A program made the position numbers and the translations under genes. Shown piece by piece: positions 1-11,381 of a stretch of DNA of 64,000 nucleotides (position 1 is the stretch's first letter; each line of letters starts with the position of its first letter). The notes beneath the pieces are model-generated. The model did no database searches. It saw nothing but the letters and a program-made list of their open reading frames with translations, and was not told the DNA's origin. Source of the DNA: an uncultured Chloroflexia bacterium (GTDB lineage Bacteria > Chloroflexota > Anaerolineae > CG2-30-64-16); the NCBI GenBank assembly GCA_963774265.1, contig CAVZDU010000009.1, positions 32,001 to 96,000 on the forward strand, written 5' to 3'.

Positions 1-629
1 GTATCAATTGCCCGCGCGCTTCGTCCTGTATCTGGGCAGCAACAAGCCGCACAAGAACCTCGTCGGGCTGGTGCGGGCGTGGGCAGCGGTTACCGGACCT
101 GGTGCGAATCCCTCGGATCATGTCGGTCAGGCAGGTCTGATCGTGCGAGTTGGTGATTGCCGGCGCGTGGGATGAGCGCTATCCTGAAGCGCGGCAGCTT
201 GCCCATTCGCTGGAGGCTCACCGGCATCCGCTGGCTGGGGCCCATCGCCGAGGCAGACCTGCCGGCGCTCTATTCGGCGGCCGACCGTGTTCGTCTTCCC
301 CAGCCTGTTCGAGGGCTTCGGGCTGCCGGTGATCGAGGCGATGGCCTGCGGGACGCCGGTGATCTGCTCGAACGTCACCGCCCTCCCGGAGGTCGCGGGA
401 GACGCGGCGATCCTGTTTGATCCCATCGCGCCACCAGCTGTAGAGACGTTGCATGCAACGTCTCTACAAACCGCGCTCGAGCGCGTCCTGGACGATGGGG
501 CGCTGCGGGCCAAGCTCCGCGAGAAGGGCCTGGCCCGCGCGGCGCAGTTCTCGTGGCAAGACACTGCGGCACGGACGTTCGGATTGTACCGTCGCATCGC
601 GAACGCAGGGACTGGATGGGACCTCTTGA
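1..629 (+). CDS. Glycosyltransferase family 4 (3' part; begins before window; frameshifted)
   Basis: Reads [17 protein letters not shown]... then [24 protein letters not shown] (GT4 EX7E motif) and FSWQDTA. The likely true stop is TGA 627-629, overlapping the next TTG start. Confidence 0.8.
439..468. repeat. 30-bp perfect palindrome (GTAG-type REP-like element) inside the GT4 coding sequence
   Basis: TGTAGAGACGTTGCA|TGCAACGTCTCTACA; translates as [10 protein letters not shown] on both strands in the ORF track. Confidence 0.85.
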
Positions 630-1754
630 AGATTCTCCACATCTACAAAGACTACTGGCCCATCCTGGGCGGCATCGAGAACCACGTGAAGCTGCTGGCT
701 GAAGGACAGGCAGCTCGCGGCCACGCGGTCACGGCCCTGGTGACGAACTCCGCCAACAACGCGCGGGGCTTTCCGGCCGGGCTGAAATCGACCGTGAGCC
801 AGGAAAACGACGTGCGCGTGGTCCGCGCCGGGCGGCTCGCCACGGTCGCCTCGACGCCGCTGAGCCTGGCGCTCCCCTGGCGGCTGCTACGCGAGCAGCC
901 GGATGTGGTCCACCTGCACTTCCCCTACCCTGTCGGCGAGATCGCCCAGTGGCTGTTGCGCCGTGGCCGGGCAACGGTGATGACCTATCACAGCGACGTC
1001 GTGCGCCAGGCGAGCATCCTCGCTTCTACCGCCCGCTCATGGAGCGAGTCCTCCGCCAGGTCGATGCGATCATCATTGGCAGCCCACCCATGCGCAATAG
1101 CACGTATCTGGCCGAACACGCAGCCCAGGCTGCACCTGATCCCGTACGGGATTCCGCTGTCACGGTTTGAGCCGCACCGGACAGTGTCGCCTTCGGCTGG
1201 GCCTGGCTCGGACGCGGCCTTCACGCTTCTCTTCGTCGGCCGCCTGCGCTATTACAAGGGCCTGGACACCCTGATCCGCGCGCTCCCCCAGATCCCCGCA
1301 CGACTCCTGGTGGTCGGCATCGGGCCGATGGAGGCGGAGTGGAAGGCGCTGGCCCGGGAATTGGGTGTGGCCGAGCGCGATCTCGTGGCTCGGTGAGGTC
1401 TCGGACGACGATCTACCCGGGCTGTACCACCCGGCAGACCTGTTCGTGCTGCCGGCCAGCCACCCGAGCGAGGCGTTCGGGTTGGTGCAGGTGGAGGCGA
1501 TGGCCGCGGGGCTGCCGGTGGTCTGCACGGAGCTGGGCACCGGGACGACTTACGTCAACCACGACGGCGTCACCGGCCTGGTGGTTCCCCCGCGCGACCC
1601 GGACCGGCTGGCTGCGGCCATCAATACCTTGATCGCTGACCCCGAACGACGGGCCGCACTGGGCCGCGCCGCACAGGCACGCGCCAGGGATGAGTTCGAT
1701 CTCAACGTGATGGTCGACCGGATTCTGGAGCTATATAGTGACCTAATTCGTTGA
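626..1754 (+). CDS. Glycosyltransferase family 4 (frameshifted)
   Basis: TTG start, [21 protein letters not shown]; later [13 protein letters not shown] and [18 protein letters not shown]. Pieces lie in ORFs 287..1396, 949..1170 and 1365..1754. Confidence 0.85.
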
Positions 1755-1777
1755 CTTTGTCCTGCACGTGGTAGAAT
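1751..1777 (+). promoter_or_regulatory. Putative sigma70-type promoter
   Basis: TTGACT (1751-1756) and extended -10 TGgTAGAAT (1769-1777) upstream of ATG 1812; the spacer is short (15 nt). Confidence 0.4.
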
Positions 1778-1811
1778 GGCCTGACGTTCGTTCGCCGGGT
1801 GCAAGGATAGG

Positions 1812-4800
1812 ATGCAGACCAAGCTCAGCCGGATCTGCGACGCCATCATCGAATCGGGCTGGTTAGCCGTGCTGGTGGTGGCGCCTCTTTTCTTCAATAC
1901 GTTCTCCAATCGCGTCTTCGAGCCGGATAAGATTCATCTCGTGCGCTCCATCGCGCTCGTGATGGCCGTGGCGTGGCTGGTGCAGCTGATAGATGGCCGG
2001 CTTGCCGGCGAGGCGGGCGAAGGCGGCTTCTGGTCTCGCATACGGAGCACCCCGCTGGTCCTGCCCGCCCTGATACTGGTGGTCAGCTACCTTCTGAGCA
2101 CAGCGCTGTCCCTCGTACCCCGCATCAGCTTCTTCGGGTCATATGTGCGGCTGCAAGGGACATTCACGTTTCTCAGCTACGTGCTGATCTTCGGCGTGGT
2201 CCTGACCCACATGCGCACGCTGACCCAGGTCAACCGGTTGCTGCACGCGGTGATCATCACCTCCCTGCCCATCGCGATTTACGGCATCATCCAGAACGCC
2301 GGGCTGGACCCGCTGCCGTGGGGCGGCGATGTAGTCGAACGCGTGGCCGCCAACATGGGCAACGCGATCTTCGTCGCAGCCTATCTCATCATGGCTGCCT
2401 TCCTGACCCTGGAGCGGTTGCTCAACAGCGTGGTTGGGCTGCTTAAGACGGAAAACAGCGGGATGGGCGACGCGTTCCGCGCCGGCGCGTACCTGTTCGT
2501 CCTGATCGTGCAACTGATCGCGATCATATTCACGCAGAGCCGCGGCCCCCAGATCGGATTCGCCGCCGGAATATACGTATTCAGCATGCTGGGGCTCTTG
2601 CTGCTGGCGCGCTGGGCGCGACGCAAAAACGCGGGCCGGCCTTCCTGCGCTGGCTGAGCGCACACGTGCGCGGGGCGTGGAGCGCGCTGATCGGACTGAC
2701 GGTCGCCGGGTTGATCTTTCTCGTGGTGCTCAACGTACCCAACGGCCCGCTCAAAGGTGTGTGCCAGGTGCGCTACGTCAGCCGGACCTGCACGCTCTTC
2801 AGCCTGAATGAAGGCACCAACGCGGTGCGCGCCTTGATCTGGGAGGGCGTGGTCGAGCTGATGTCGCCGCACGCGGCGCTCCAGACACCCGACGGCCAGC
2901 CCGATGTGTTCAATGTCCTCAGGCCCCTGGTTGGCTATGGGCCCGAATCGTTGTGGGTCGCGTTCAACCGCTTCTATCCCGCCGAGCTGGGGCGCTTCGA
3001 GTCGCGCAACGCCTCGCCCGATCGTTCGCACAACGAAACCTTCGATGCGCTCGCGCGCGGGGGCCTGATCCAGTTCGCTGCGGAGATCTTCCTCTACGCG
3101 AGCGTCTTCTACTACGCGCTCCGCTGGCTGGGGCTGATCCGTGACCGGCGATCGCGCAACCAGTTCATCGGATTCCTCATTGCCGGCGGCGCGCTCGGCG
3201 TGATCCTGCCGTTGATCTTCGACCGGAGCCTGCGGCTCGCGGGCATCGGGCTGCCGGCGGGTCTGATCGCTGGATTGATGCTGTACGTCACAGTGGATCT
3301 GCTGGCCAGCCGCCGCGCGCTGACCGAGGGTTCCCAGCCGAACGGCAGCCCGCGACAACAACTGCTGGTGCTGGCTTTGTTCTCTGCGATCGCGGCCCAC
3401 TTTGTCGAAGTTCACTTCGGCATTGCCATCGTTTCCACGTTGACGCATTTCTGGGCGCTGATCGGCGTGCTGGTCGCAGTGGGCCTGGGGTGGGTGCGCA
3501 TGGAGGAGATTGTCGTTACGACGCCCGGTCCGGCCGCTGTGCCGGCTCGATCCGCCCCATTAAGCGCAGCCTCGTCTGCGGGCCCGAAGCGCAAAGCCGG
3601 CGACGGCAAACAGCGGGCTGCGAGCCAGGGGAGCGACCCCCGATCGACGCAGCCAGGGTCAGTTCGGCCGGCCGCCACGGCACGGGAGAAAACCAACGCT
3701 CTTCCTGCGATCTTGCCTTACGCGGTCATCATCGCCATCATTTCGGCTGTCTTCGCCTGGGATTTCACCATCAATCAGAGCGGCGCGGTCGGTCCATTCG
3801 CTATCCTGTGGGACGCGTTCACCACGCGGAAAACCGATTTCCAGGTTGTCCGTTCGTCGATGCTGCTGGTGATGGTGTTATTCACATGGTTCATTGGCGG
3901 GATCATTGCGATCGGTGAGGTTCGAGAGAACGCGAAAAATCGCTTCTCTGTGCCCGCAGCGGCGCTGCTCTACTTCGGCGCGGCGCTGGTTACCTTCCTG
4001 GTCTTCGGACTGATCCATGCCGCAGCCATCGATCTGGGCGACCTGCAAGGGCTCGACGTCTTTGCTCACCTGGCGAGCCGCATCGTTGTCTTCGATGGGG
4101 TGCTGTTCTTGCTGATGCTGGCGCTGGCCGCGAGCATCGCGCTGGCACGGCCGGAACCGTGGCCGCAGCGCTTCGCCCACCGGACCGCGGTGTCGTCGGG
4201 AGCTGGCGTCGTCCTGACCGCCCTGGCCGTCTTCCTGATCGTAAGCCTCAACATCCGCTCGGTGCAGGCCGACACTTACTACAAGCAGGGGCTCGGATAC
4301 GAGGCTGCAGGCCAATGGGAGGGCTCCGTAGTCCTGTACCGCGAGGCCGGCCGCCTCCAACCCCAGGAGGACTATTATTGCCTGTTTCTCGGCCGGGCGC
4401 TGCTGCAGCTCTCGGATTTGGCGGTGCCCGGTGCAGCCGTGTTGCCCGACGACCTGTCCAATGTGCGCACCGGTGACTTATTGGACCTGGTGGACAGGGG
4501 CATCCAGGCGCGCGACCGCGAGGACATCCTGCGTGCTGCCCATGCCGCCCTGATCGGCGCCCAACGGTTGAACCCGCTGAACACGGATCACACCGCCAAC
4601 CTCGCCCGCCTGCACCGGGCATGGGCGTTCGCCAACGCGGCGACAACAGCCGAAAGCAGCGATCCGAGCCGGCTTGCGGAAATCCTGGCGACGGAGCCGG
4701 ATAAGGTGGACCAGGCGCACCTGCCGCGCAGCCTGGACTACTACCAGCAGGCCCTGGCGCTCAGCCCCCACAATGCCGGGCTGTGGAATGAGTTGGCTAC

Positions 4801-5373
4801 CCTCCAATTTATCCTGGGTGACCTGTCGGCCGCGCAAAAGACCCTCGACAGCTCGCTGGCCGTGGATGATCGCTTCTATCCCACGCATCTGCTGCTCGGC
4901 GACGTGCTGACCGCAGGTGGCGACATGCGGGCTGCGTTGGCTGCTTACAAGGAGGCAGCACAAATCTCGCCCAAAAATCTGGGCGTGCTGAGTGCGGTGG
5001 GCGTCACAGGTGTCGAGGCTGGGGAGCCAGGGGCGTCGATTGATGCATTCCAACGTATGATCGCGTTGGAGACGCCGGCCCTGGCTGGAACGCAAGCCCA
5101 GCTCAGTCAACTCAATGCCCAGGTTGCCTCAGCAGGTGGGTATGAAAACGCAGAAGGTTCGGCCACCAGCAGTCGCGCCATGCTGGAACAGCAGATCGCC
5201 AGCCATGAGCGACAGCTATTCCTGGCCCATCGCAACCTGGCACTCGTGCTGCGGGAGTTGGGCCAAACAGCCGATGCCCTGGCTGCAGCGCAGAGAGCGC
5301 TGGGTTACGCACCCGAATCGGAGCTGGCAAGCACGGAATCGCTGATCGCCGACCTGAAAGGTCGAGGCACGCC

Positions 5374-5377
<4 letters not shown>
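1812..5377 (+). CDS. O-antigen ligase (Wzy_C)-like polytopic membrane protein with C-terminal TPR repeats (frameshift near 2640)
   Basis: Many TM segments; motifs [19 protein letters not shown] and DRSHNE typical of O-antigen ligase/O-OTase-like proteins; TPR-like helices at the C-terminus ([20 protein letters not shown]). Confidence 0.75.
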
Positions 5378-6384
<1,007 letters not shown>

Positions 6385-6412
6385 AAGAATCGGGCGGAAG
6401 AAGGAGAGTATC

Positions 6413-7784
6413 TTGAAGAAGCATGTTCTGATCCTACTGGTCCTGTTGGCTTTTGCGGGGGCGCTGGCTGCATGCAGCCCGATGCCCGCTGCACCGATCG
6501 CCGCGCCGACCAGCGCGGCAGTGGCCGCAACACCCGCGCCGCCGGCCACCGAGGCGCCTGCCATTGCCGCTACGGCGGAGATGACCGCGACGGTGGAAAT
6601 GCCCCCGACGGTAGTGGTCGGTACGCCCACCCCCGACACCCGGCCCATCGTGCCTGCGCCCGTTGAGGGTAAGCGGCCCCTTGCCGACGTCGAAGCCAAG
6701 GACCGCAATGAGCGGTTCTCCGGCCCGGCCGAGAAGTACGTGGAAGACAACACGATCTACGTCGCCACCATCGTGACCGACAAGGGCAATATCGTCGCGG
6801 AGCTGTACCAGGATACGCCCGAAGGCCTGAACAACTTCGTGACCCTGGCGCACAACGGCTATCTACGACGGCCTGACCTTCCACCGCGTCGAGGCGAAGT
6901 TCGTCATCCAGGGCGGCGATCCGGCGGGTGACGGCAGCGGCGGCCCCGGCTACACCATCCCGGCCGAGATCAACCATCTTCACCCGCGCGGTGCACTGGC
7001 CTGGGCGCGCACCGGCGACCAGGTCAATCCCGAGCGTCGCTCCAGCGGCAGCCAGTTCTACATCACTCTGGACCAGACCCCGTTCCTGGACGGCGCCTAC
7101 AGCGTGTTCGGCTACGTGATCGAGGGCATGGACGTCGTCGACAAGATCGCGGTCGGCGACAAGATCCAGCGCATCGACATCAAGAAGGCCACGGCTTCGA
7201 TGCTGCCAACCCCCACCCCCACCCCGACGCCTTATGCGCCGGCCAGCCAGGAAGGCCGCCCGCTGGCCACGGTGCCGATTGCGGAGCGCGAAAATTACTT
7301 CAACGCCGCACCTGAGATGACCATCGACGCAAGCAAGACGTACCAGGCGACCATCGAGACCGACAAGGGCAAGGTCGTCATGGACCTCGACGCGGCGCTG
7401 GCTCCAGTCACCGTCAACAACTTCGTGACGCTCGCCAACCTCGGCTACTACGATGGCATGCCCATTGCGTACGTCGAATCGGGCGTCTATGCCGTCCTCG
7501 GTTCGCCCGGCGGCAGCCCGGACAGCGACGTGGGCTATTCCTTGCCGCTGGAAGCCGGCGGAGGGACAACCGAGGTCATCACCGGCACCATTCTGATGTA
7601 CCCGGCAACTAATGTGGCGGGCGAACTGGCCGCAAGCGGCAGCCAGTTCTTCATCTCCTTCTCCGCGGTTCCCGACAGCGCCACGCCGATGAATCTCTTC
7701 GGCAAGGTGATGGAGGGCATGGACGTCGCAGAGAAGCTGGCCACCGGTGACATCATCAAATCGATCACGATCGCTGAAAAGTAA
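6413..7784 (+). CDS. Lipoprotein with two cyclophilin-type peptidyl-prolyl isomerase domains (frameshift near 6862)
   Basis: RBS AAGGAG, TTG start, lipobox LAAC, Pro/Ala/Thr linker. Domain 1 has [26 protein letters not shown]; domain 2 has [16 protein letters not shown]. Confidence 0.85.
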
Positions 7785-7810
7785 CGTATCGAAGAAGGAA
7801 AAAGGAAGAT

Positions 7811-8294
7811 ATGCCGAACCGCTATTCCAAACCGTTCGAGATGAAGATCGACCTGGCGAAGCAGCTACACGGCCACGATCGAGACGAATCGGGGCATCAT
7901 CGTGGTGAAGCTGTACGCAACGCAAACTCCGCGCACGGTCAACAACTTCGTGTGCCTGGCTCGTGACGGGTACTACGATGGCGTGACATTCCACCGGGTG
8001 ATCAAGGACTTCATGGTCCAGGGCGGCGACCCGACGGGCACCGGCCGCGGCGGTCCTGGCTACACGTTCAAGGACGAGTTCGACCCCAAGCTGAAGCACG
8101 ACAAGCCGGGCGTCCTCTCCATGGCAAACGCCGGACCTGGCACCAACGGCAGCCAGTTCTTCATCACGCACGTGCCCACGCCGTGGCTCGACGGCAAGCA
8201 CACCGTCTTCGGCCAGGTGACCACCGGCCAGGACGTGGTGAACAAGATCGAGCAGGGTGACGTGATGCTCTCGGTGACGATCGACGAAGCGTAA
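7811..8294 (+). CDS. Cytoplasmic cyclophilin-type peptidyl-prolyl isomerase (frameshift near the 5' end)
   Basis: [31 protein letters not shown] and [19 protein letters not shown]; ATG 7811 follows a purine-rich RBS. Confidence 0.9.
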
Positions 8295-8295
8295 G

Positions 8296-8931
8296 ATGAC
8301 CGCTCAGGAACTCGGGAAAAAAAGTGGCAAACCGGACGAAAGCGCGGACCAGCAGGCTGGGCGACCGCGCTTATCTCCCGGGCGCTCGAAACTGATTCGT
8401 ATCCTTGCGTTCCTGGGCGTCATTGTCCTTTCTCTTCTTATCATCCTATACGGCAGCCGGTTGGCAGGCCTGGGCGCGTATGGCTACCCGGGCCTGTTCC
8501 TGCTCAATCTCCTGGCCAGCGCAACCCTGATCCTGCCTGCACCTGGGATCGCGCTGGCCTTTGCAGCCGGCGCAGCGCTCAACCCATTCCTCGTTGGCCT
8601 CGCGGTGGGCAGCGGCTCCACGCTCGGCGAGCTCACCGGCTACATCGCCGGGGCGAGCGGTCGCGGGATCGTCAAGAATGACCCGTGGTACCCGCGGATG
8701 CAAGCCGCAATGGCCAGGTACGGGCTGTGGATCATCATCCTGCTAAGCCTCGTGCCCAACCCCATCTTCGATGTGGCGGGCATGGTGGCCGGAGCCACGC
8801 GCGTCCCTGTCTGGCAATTCCTCGCCGCAGCCTGGATCGGCAAAGTGACCAAGGCCACGCTGATCGCGCTGGCCGGCGCAGGAATGATCCAGGCGCTGGC
8901 GCCGCTGATCGAACGCTGGTTGATGCGGTAG
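8296..8931 (+). CDS. VTT/DedA (SNARE-associated) family membrane protein
   Basis: GSTLGELTGYIAG and LVPNPIFDVAGMVAG motifs; hydrophobic. Confidence 0.75.
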   Translation: MTAQELGKKSGKPDESADQQAGRPRLSPGRSKLIRILAFLGVIVLSLLIILYGSRLAGLGAYGYPGLFLLNLLASATLILPAPGIALAFAAGAALNPFLVGLAVGSGSTLGELTGYIAGASGRGIVKNDPWYPRMQAAMARYGLWIIILLSLVPNPIFDVAGMVAGATRVPVWQFLAAAWIGKVTKATLIALAGAGMIQALAPLIERWLMR

Positions 8932-8935
8932 CTCC

Positions 8936-9382
8936 ATGAGCAATGCAGTCGACGCAGCCCTGATTTTCGGTTTCCTGAGCTTCTTCCACTTCTGGGGGGG
9001 CGCAGCGCTGGGCGCGGGCATCCGGGCGGGGCGGATATCGCCCATCCTGTGGGGCGCCCTGATCGGCGGCGCGCCCTTGTATTTCGGAATCGAGCGCGGG
9101 GTGGCGTTGGGTGAATGGGGCTGGCTGAGCTGGCAGTCGCTCGTGCTCGCCGTAAGCGCCCTGTTGACCTTCTCCTGGCTGCCGCGGCTGCGGGCGTTGT
9201 TCCTGAGTCGCGGCATGACCACCCTGACGGTCGGGACGTTCATCATGGCGATCGGCGCAGTCATCGGCGCGTGGTTCTTCCGCCTGGGCTCCGAGTTCTG
9301 GTCCCTCACGGTCGGGGGCGCCGGTTTCCTGCTCGGGGCCATGTGGTTCGGAGCAGGCATCAAACAGTTGCGTGGTAAGTAG
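8936..9382 (+). CDS. Hypothetical membrane protein
   Basis: 148-aa hydrophobic ORF tightly packed between its neighbours. Confidence 0.65.
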   Translation: MSNAVDAALIFGFLSFFHFWGGAALGAGIRAGRISPILWGALIGGAPLYFGIERGVALGEWGWLSWQSLVLAVSALLTFSWLPRLRALFLSRGMTTLTVGTFIMAIGAVIGAWFFRLGSEFWSLTVGGAGFLLGAMWFGAGIKQLRGK

Positions 9383-10372
9383 ATGTTCGAGCTCATCTTT
9401 CTGGGGACCTCGGCGTCGGCGCCCTCGGTGCAGCGCGGGTTATCGGCCGCGATGCTGCTGCACCGCGAATATCGTTTTCTGATCGACTGCGGCGAGGGCA
9501 CCCAGCGACAGATCCTGCGCAGCGGGCTGGGGTTCAAGCGACTGGAGCGCGTCCTGTTGACGCACGGCCACCTGGATCATATCCTCGGGCTGGGCGGCCT
9601 GGCCTCGACGTTCGGCCGCTGGGAAACCATCGAGGAAATGGAAATCCACGGCGGAGCGTCCGCGCTGGGCCGCGTGCGAGAGCTGATGCGCGTCGTCTTC
9701 GGGCCTGCCGAGGGTAAGATCAACATCGGGTATCACGCCGTGCATCCGGGCCTGCTTCTCGAAGACGAGATTTTCCGGGTTTCTGCGTTCCCTGTGGAGC
9801 ATCGCCGCACCGAGGCGTTCGGGTACATGTTCGAGGAAAAGCCGCGACGGCCCTTCCTGCCCGAAAAGGCGACCGCATTAGGTGTACCCGCCGGGCCGAT
9901 CCGCCGTGACCTGGTGAACGGCCAACCGGTGATCTTGCCCGACGGCCGGACGATCCAGCCGGACGAGGTGCTGGGCGAAGAGGTCCCCGGGATCAAGCTG
10001 GCCTTCATTGGCGACGCAGGCCGTGTGGACAATCTGGTGGCGCATGTGGCGGGCGCAGACCTGCTGGCCATCGAGGCGACCTACATCGATCAAGAGCGCG
10101 AAGTGGCCGCGTCGTTCGGCCACCTCACCGCAAAGCAGGCCGCATGGCTGGCCCGCGAGGCCGGGGTGAAGTCCCTCGTGCTGCATCATATCTCGCGGCG
10201 CTACAACGCGAAGCAGATCATGGAAGATGCCGCGCCGCTCTTCCCCGACACGGCGGTCGCGCGCGATTTCGATCTGTTCCGGCTGGTGAAGCAGAAGCCT
10301 CTGGAGCGCGAGGATGTCCGCGGGCGGCCGGAGCGAGAAATGGCAGGCGGCACGGGTGACGCCCCGGGCTAA
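9383..10372 (+). CDS. rnz: Ribonuclease Z
   Basis: FLGTSASAPSVQRG, LIDCGEGTQRQ, THGHLDHILG, exosite GVPAGP, EATY, HISRRY. Confidence 0.9.
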   Translation: MFELIFLGTSASAPSVQRGLSAAMLLHREYRFLIDCGEGTQRQILRSGLGFKRLERVLLTHGHLDHILGLGGLASTFGRWETIEEMEIHGGASALGRVRELMRVVFGPAEGKINIGYHAVHPGLLLEDEIFRVSAFPVEHRRTEAFGYMFEEKPRRPFLPEKATALGVPAGPIRRDLVNGQPVILPDGRTIQPDEVLGEEVPGIKLAFIGDAGRVDNLVAHVAGADLLAIEATYIDQEREVAASFGHLTAKQAAWLAREAGVKSLVLHHISRRYNAKQIMEDAAPLFPDTAVARDFDLFRLVKQKPLEREDVRGRPEREMAGGTGDAPG

Positions 10373-10378
10373 ACCGCC

Positions 10379-10979
10379 TTACCCGGCGAATGCCCGGCCT
10401 GCGCTGCCGTACAACTCGATCAGCTGCCCAATCTCAAGGCTCATCTTGCGCTTGCCGCACCACAAGTAGTCCATCTCCTCACGCGATCCCACGAACGGAT
10501 GAATATTCGTGACCGTGCTCGGGTCGGGCAGGGCCTTGGCCACCCCCTCCATGAAGATGCGTTTCAGCCGGGTGCCCACATTAATCTTGGCCACGCCCAT
10601 CGAGATGGCCGCGGCCACGGCGTCCGCGGGCAGGCCGGAGCCGCCGTGCAACACCAGGGGTGTCCGAATCGCAGCCAGCGTCCAGGGCCTCAGCGATCTG
10701 GTCCAGGTCCCGGGCCTCGTTGAAGAGCACCGCGGTCGGGACGCTGGCCCGCTCGGCCATGCGCCGAGCCATCCGCGCCAGGTCTTCCAGCGCGCCACGA
10801 TTCAGCCATTGCTGGTTGCAGACCGCCGCACCGAAGCCGATGATCGCGGGCGCCCCCAGGCGCTCCGCAGCCTCGATCGAGCCTTCGAGGGAATACTGGT
10901 CCCAGGACTCAAAATAGCCGATGGCGTAGCGGCGGTCGAGGGCGTTCTGTAGCAGGCCCGCCATGGATGCGACCGGCAT
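10379..10979 (-). pseudogene. Class II fructose/tagatose-bisphosphate aldolase with a large internal deletion
   Basis: The N-terminus (YAIGYFESWD...AEALDAGC) is joined out of frame to the C-terminus (PLVLHGGSGL..VAKINVGTRL). About 200 codons remain versus roughly 280-300 typical. Confidence 0.7.
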
Positions 10980-10997
10980 GAGGCCTCCGCGATTTCG

Positions 10998-11249
10998 TCA
11001 GGCGGCAGGTGGCGCCACGGGCAGTTGCCCGGCCGGCGTGCCCAGCCACTTCTCGCCCGTCTCAATCAGCATCTCCGGGATGTCGTTCACGACGGGGTAC
11101 TTGCGGCCGCAGCCAGGCTCCTGGCAGATCAGCCAGCTCTCCTTATAGAATTCCAGGCGGCCCGGATCAGCGCCCACGGCGCGCGTGTCGCCTGAAACGC
11201 AGTGAGGGCAACGCAAGATTTCGAGCAAGTCTTGTGGGATCATCTTCAC
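10998..11249 (-). CDS. Trm112-like protein (UPF0434 family)
   Basis: LLEILRCPHC...WLICQEPGCGRKYPVVNDIPEML. Confidence 0.8.
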   Translation of the reverse strand: MKMIPQDLLEILRCPHCVSGDTRAVGADPGRLEFYKESWLICQEPGCGRKYPVVNDIPEMLIETGEKWLGTPAGQLPVAPPAA

Positions 11250-11381
11250 TCCGCAGTCTGAGAGGTTGCGGCCAGTTTAACACAACAGCCACTCATCGCC
11301 CAACTGCGGCGGTCGATCCTATTCTCTTCGCTGTTGAACGCGATCAGCGCTTGGCCACCCCATGCGCAGGCTCCCCCCTGC

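Noticed and set aside
755-795. Possible further REP-derived insertion in the second GT4 ([13 protein letters not shown])
   Set aside because: The palindromy is too degenerate to support without an orthologue alignment.
287-1396. Apparent GT4-GT4 fusion ORF
   Set aside because: A TGA at 627-629 overlaps the TTG start at 626. One indel in this error-rich sequence explains the read-through, so two ordinary genes are more likely.
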